Assembly: GCA_965113315.1 (NCBI GenBank)
Contig: OZ220364.1
DNA length: 64,000 nucleotides
From: Podarcis vaucheri
Taxonomy: Eukaryota
Direction: 5' to 3' (one strand)
Shown here: piece by piece, positions 60,582 through 64,000 of the stretch
How the letters are laid out: each line of letters begins with the position of its first letter
Numbering within the stretch: position 1 is the stretch's first letter
Position numbers and translations under genes: made by a program
Notes under the pieces: model-generated
The model's input: only the letters and a program-made list of their open reading frames with translations
Databases searched by the model: none
Told to the model about the DNA's origin: nothing

Positions 60582-63171
60582 CTTTAGCATGTGTGTGTGA
60601 CTAACTGGCGGGGGGATGATACCCAGCACCAAAGGAGAAGGGCCGTAGTTCAGTAACAGAGAACATGCAAAAGATCCCAGGTCTGAAGCCTGGCATCTCC
60701 AAGTGGGCTCTCTAGAAAACCCTCCTTGGCCTGAGACCCTGAAGAGCCACTGCCAATCAGTGCCGATACTGGGCTAGATGGAGTGGCTCAGCCTAAGGCA
60801 GCTTTCTTTGTTCCTAGGGACAGCGATGGAATGCTGCCCTCTGCTGGAGTCTGTTCAATTCAACAGTGCTTTCCATATGATGCTGGTGCTACCAAAGAAT
60901 AAGAAAATAGCTATCGGCAACATTCTTTCTTTCTTAAGATTTATGGGGGTGACTAAAGTGCTTCTTATTCCTTTCTCCCATACTTCATCCACACATCAAC
61001 CCTGCGAGGTCAGGCTCAGAGCGAGTGACTGGCTGCCCTGGTTACTCTGTGATTTTCATGGCAAATTTGAACCCTGGACTCCCAGATTCTAGTCTGGCAC
61101 TCTATCCACCCCCCCCCACAAACATCACATGGACTCTCCAAACCACACTGGCTCTCGTATGACTGCTGAGATCTGGTGTACTTTAGCAGCAAAGGACACA
61201 GAGCTAACCACCATGCAATACTTTTACTCTTAAAAAAACAAAAAAACTACCACCATGCAATACTCATTTTGACTATCACCTATACCCTGAATTCTCTAAC
61301 TTGTGGATGAAGGGCTATTGTTTCTGTTTTCTTGCTTCATGTTTGGCTACTTCATTGAAATGGAAGTGGGGGGCTAGAATGGCGATAAGACACACTTTGA
61401 GAGATGGGGCCTTTTACATAGCATAGTGTTTTTGTGTGCCAGACCCCTATAATCCTAACAAGTGGTAAAAGTTAATCAACCCAGGCTAGCTTCCTGATGA
61501 GGTAATCTCTTGGGTGATGGGTCATTAAGATAAAAAAAGAAAAGGGGGCTCTGTGCCAGATGACAAATGGATATGTCCCCTCCTCCAGCTGGTTAGAAGG
61601 ACAAAGCCTTAGTTAGAAGGAAGAGTTTGTTGTGATGTGACCTGGGGGGATCTATAGGCTGGAAAAGCGGGGGGAGAGCCATGGCTGATTTCTGCTTGAA
61701 TCCAAAGCTGCAGCTATGGGAGAAGGAGGACTTTCATGGGGTGTTGATGCTATGAGACCCTCCACTGTAGGATCAGGTTGTATATATAAACAATATACCA
61801 TAAAGGCACCACAGTCTATGGCTCATTCCAAAATGAAACACAAACTCTGCGTAAGTGCTTGGAAGCCCTGGAATCTCATGCCGCTCGCAGATTGGGGTGT
61901 CATGCAACAATATTGCATCTGAAGTAGGGACAACAAACACATACACACAATGTTGTAACTCTACACTTTTAATATGGAACTATTTCTCAAAATGACGGTT
62001 TAAAATAGTAATGGCTGGATTGTGAATATGTTATTGGAATGTAAGGGGATAAGGAACACCAATTAAAAGACAGAAAGCTTGGGATTCACCTTAAACAAAA
62101 CAATATGACCATATTTTCCAGCAGGAAATGCATCCCACCCCCTCCAAAAGAAAAAGAGGTCAGGCCACTGTTCTATGTGGAAGGGGAAAATGGCAGCCTA
62201 TCCCTAAATCAAAGGGGTATACATAAGATCACTTGAAATTTGAAGAGAATGTGGTTTTGAAAAACCCCTACAGAAGACTTACAATATTAAAGGAGATTCG
62301 TCTTAAAGATGAAGTAATTTAAGATTTATGGGGGTGAAAGCAGAGAATGCAAGTAAGTTGGGAAATATGGGACAGCAAGGGAAGGGACTTAAAAATATGC
62401 TTTGAACATTTGGTATAGCAGATGTGTGGCAAGCAGTAAAGCCCCCTCACTAAGACTTGTCTAGCACTTATACGTCAGAGCTCCTTCTTGGGCCTTACAA
62501 AATTTAAAGCCTTACAAAACAGGTTCTATAGCAATTTCTGACTATGCCCCCATTATGGCTACATTCGAGTTTGCCAGCTACAGCAACCCAGAGCCCTCCT
62601 TGCAGCATTTTTATTACAGAGTTGGACAAACCATTATGGAGATCTTGACTCCTCTGCATGGCTTTCCGTGGAAGGTGGTTCTGGGCTGACATATTGAGAT
62701 GAACATTCCTGACACCCTAGTAGCTGAGGCTCCTAAATCATATTTCCTCACATCTCTTTTTTCTCTGATCTTGCTAGGTTTCACTGCATATTACAGGCAC
62801 AACTGAATATTGTGTGTATTTACTTAGAAATTAAGTCCCACTGTGTCCAATGGAAACTTAACTCAAGCGCAGGGCCAGCGGGTCCTGTTTTGCTGCCCAA
62901 GGCGGCTGCTTCATGTCGCCTCGTGGCTAGGCCAGGCTTGCCCAAGTGTGGGTTCATAAGACAGTGCCATAGCTAGCAGGGTTTTTTGTCCTGGGTGAAG
63001 CCTCCAGAGGGGCACCATTGAGGCTCCCAGCCTGTGTGTGTGCATGTGCGCGCATAAATGAGTGTGTGTGCTTGATTTGTGCTGGAATTCAAGGCTATGG
63101 CTAAGGGAGAAGCAAGATGATGTGGTGTTGATGCTGTGAACCCCCTCCATCTTAGGCTCAGCTTGTATATA

Positions 63172-63413
63172 CAGTGGTACCTCATGTTACATACTTAATC
63201 CGTTCCGGAGGTCCGTTTGTAACAGGAAACCGCTCATAACATGAGGTGTGCTTTCGCTAATGGCACCTCCCGCTGCTGCCGTGCTGCTGAAGCGCGACTT
63301 CTGCTCGCATCCCGCGACAAAGGTCGCAACAAGGGGCATCTACTTCCGGGTTAGCGGAGTGTGTAACCCGCAGCATTTGTAAGGGAGACAGTACATAACA
63401 CGAGGTACCATTG
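63172..63413. mobile_element. Tc1/mariner (Tigger-like) MITE
   Basis: TA|cagtggtacctc ... gaggtaccattg|TA. Confidence 0.88.
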
Positions 63414-64000
63414 TATGTGTAAATAAACCATATATCCTAAAGACACCACAGTCTCCGCTGACCTTCATTCCAAGGAAACCAAACCTGGGGTAAGCACCTG
63501 AAACCCCTGGAATCTCTTGCCACTTGGAGATTGGGCTGTTGTGTAACAATATCACCCTTCCAGCAATCCACCTTCTCTTCTCAGCTCAGGTAAGGGAGCA
63601 GATAAAAGACCAATATCCAGACCACAAATGCAAGCAATATTCAAGCATAGTAATATTATGTTTGCAACATTGTGCAAATAGAACCACAATCATTTGCCTT
63701 AGTGCGCATTTTTCTCCACTGAATTCCAGCAGAAAGTGGTACTGGAAGTGTCCCAGTAATGCCAAAATTCTGACTCTGCATATCCTGACATACCCCAGTT
63801 TTCAAGAGTTTCCTAGGATATGGGGGTGAGTGATGTCGATCTCATTATGTCAGAGAAATTGCCAGAGTGCTTTGTCAGAGATCTCTTTGGCACACTGTCT
63901 TTTGCTTTCTGAAATATCCTCCCTCTCTCTGCTATAGCTGCTCAGGTATGGGAGCAGTAGAGAAAGCTTATTGATTTGATAATTTATTCTGATTACATTG

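Noticed and set aside
30000-64000. NSD1 (downstream neighbour in mammals) or any other gene
   Set aside because: No recognisable coding exons in 34 kb. The neighbour may simply lie beyond the window, so no synteny break is claimed.

Overview
Vertebrate genomic DNA from a squamate reptile, most likely a lacertid lizard. The repeat set supports this: BovB, Sauria-type SINE, Squam3-like SINE with a (CTT)n tail, CR1/L2/L1 LINEs, and hAT and Tc1/mariner MITEs. The window holds one complete protein-coding gene, FGFR4, on the + strand. It has a CpG-island promoter and putative non-coding exon 1 (~7960-8458) and 17 coding exons from ATG 9989 to TGA 29926. All splice sites are GT-AG and phase-consistent, giving 2421 nt or 806 aa (signal peptide, Ig-I, acid box, Ig-II, Ig-IIIc only, TM, split tyrosine kinase, YLDL tail). 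The rest is TE-rich non-coding DNA with several candidate enhancers. Main observations: (1) an antisense CR1 fragment sits exactly in the exon-10 3' splice site; the acceptor TCCACAG is duplicated on both sides, the TE supplies the branch point and pyrimidine tract, and an orphan upstream acceptor would give a kinase-less receptor or an NMD substrate; (2) a near-identical CR1 copy 22 kb upstream has the same truncation point and the same apparently non-CR1 8-mer, suggesting local DNA-templated copying; (3) a TSD-bounded, internally deleted L1 carries an ORF2 segment that looks A-to-G hypermutated; (4) there are three HNF4-type DR1 sites in introns 1-2, a strong-Kozak uORF, paired Pumilio elements in the 3' UTR and an E-box cluster 3' of the gene. 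TE family names come from motif recognition, not database searches.
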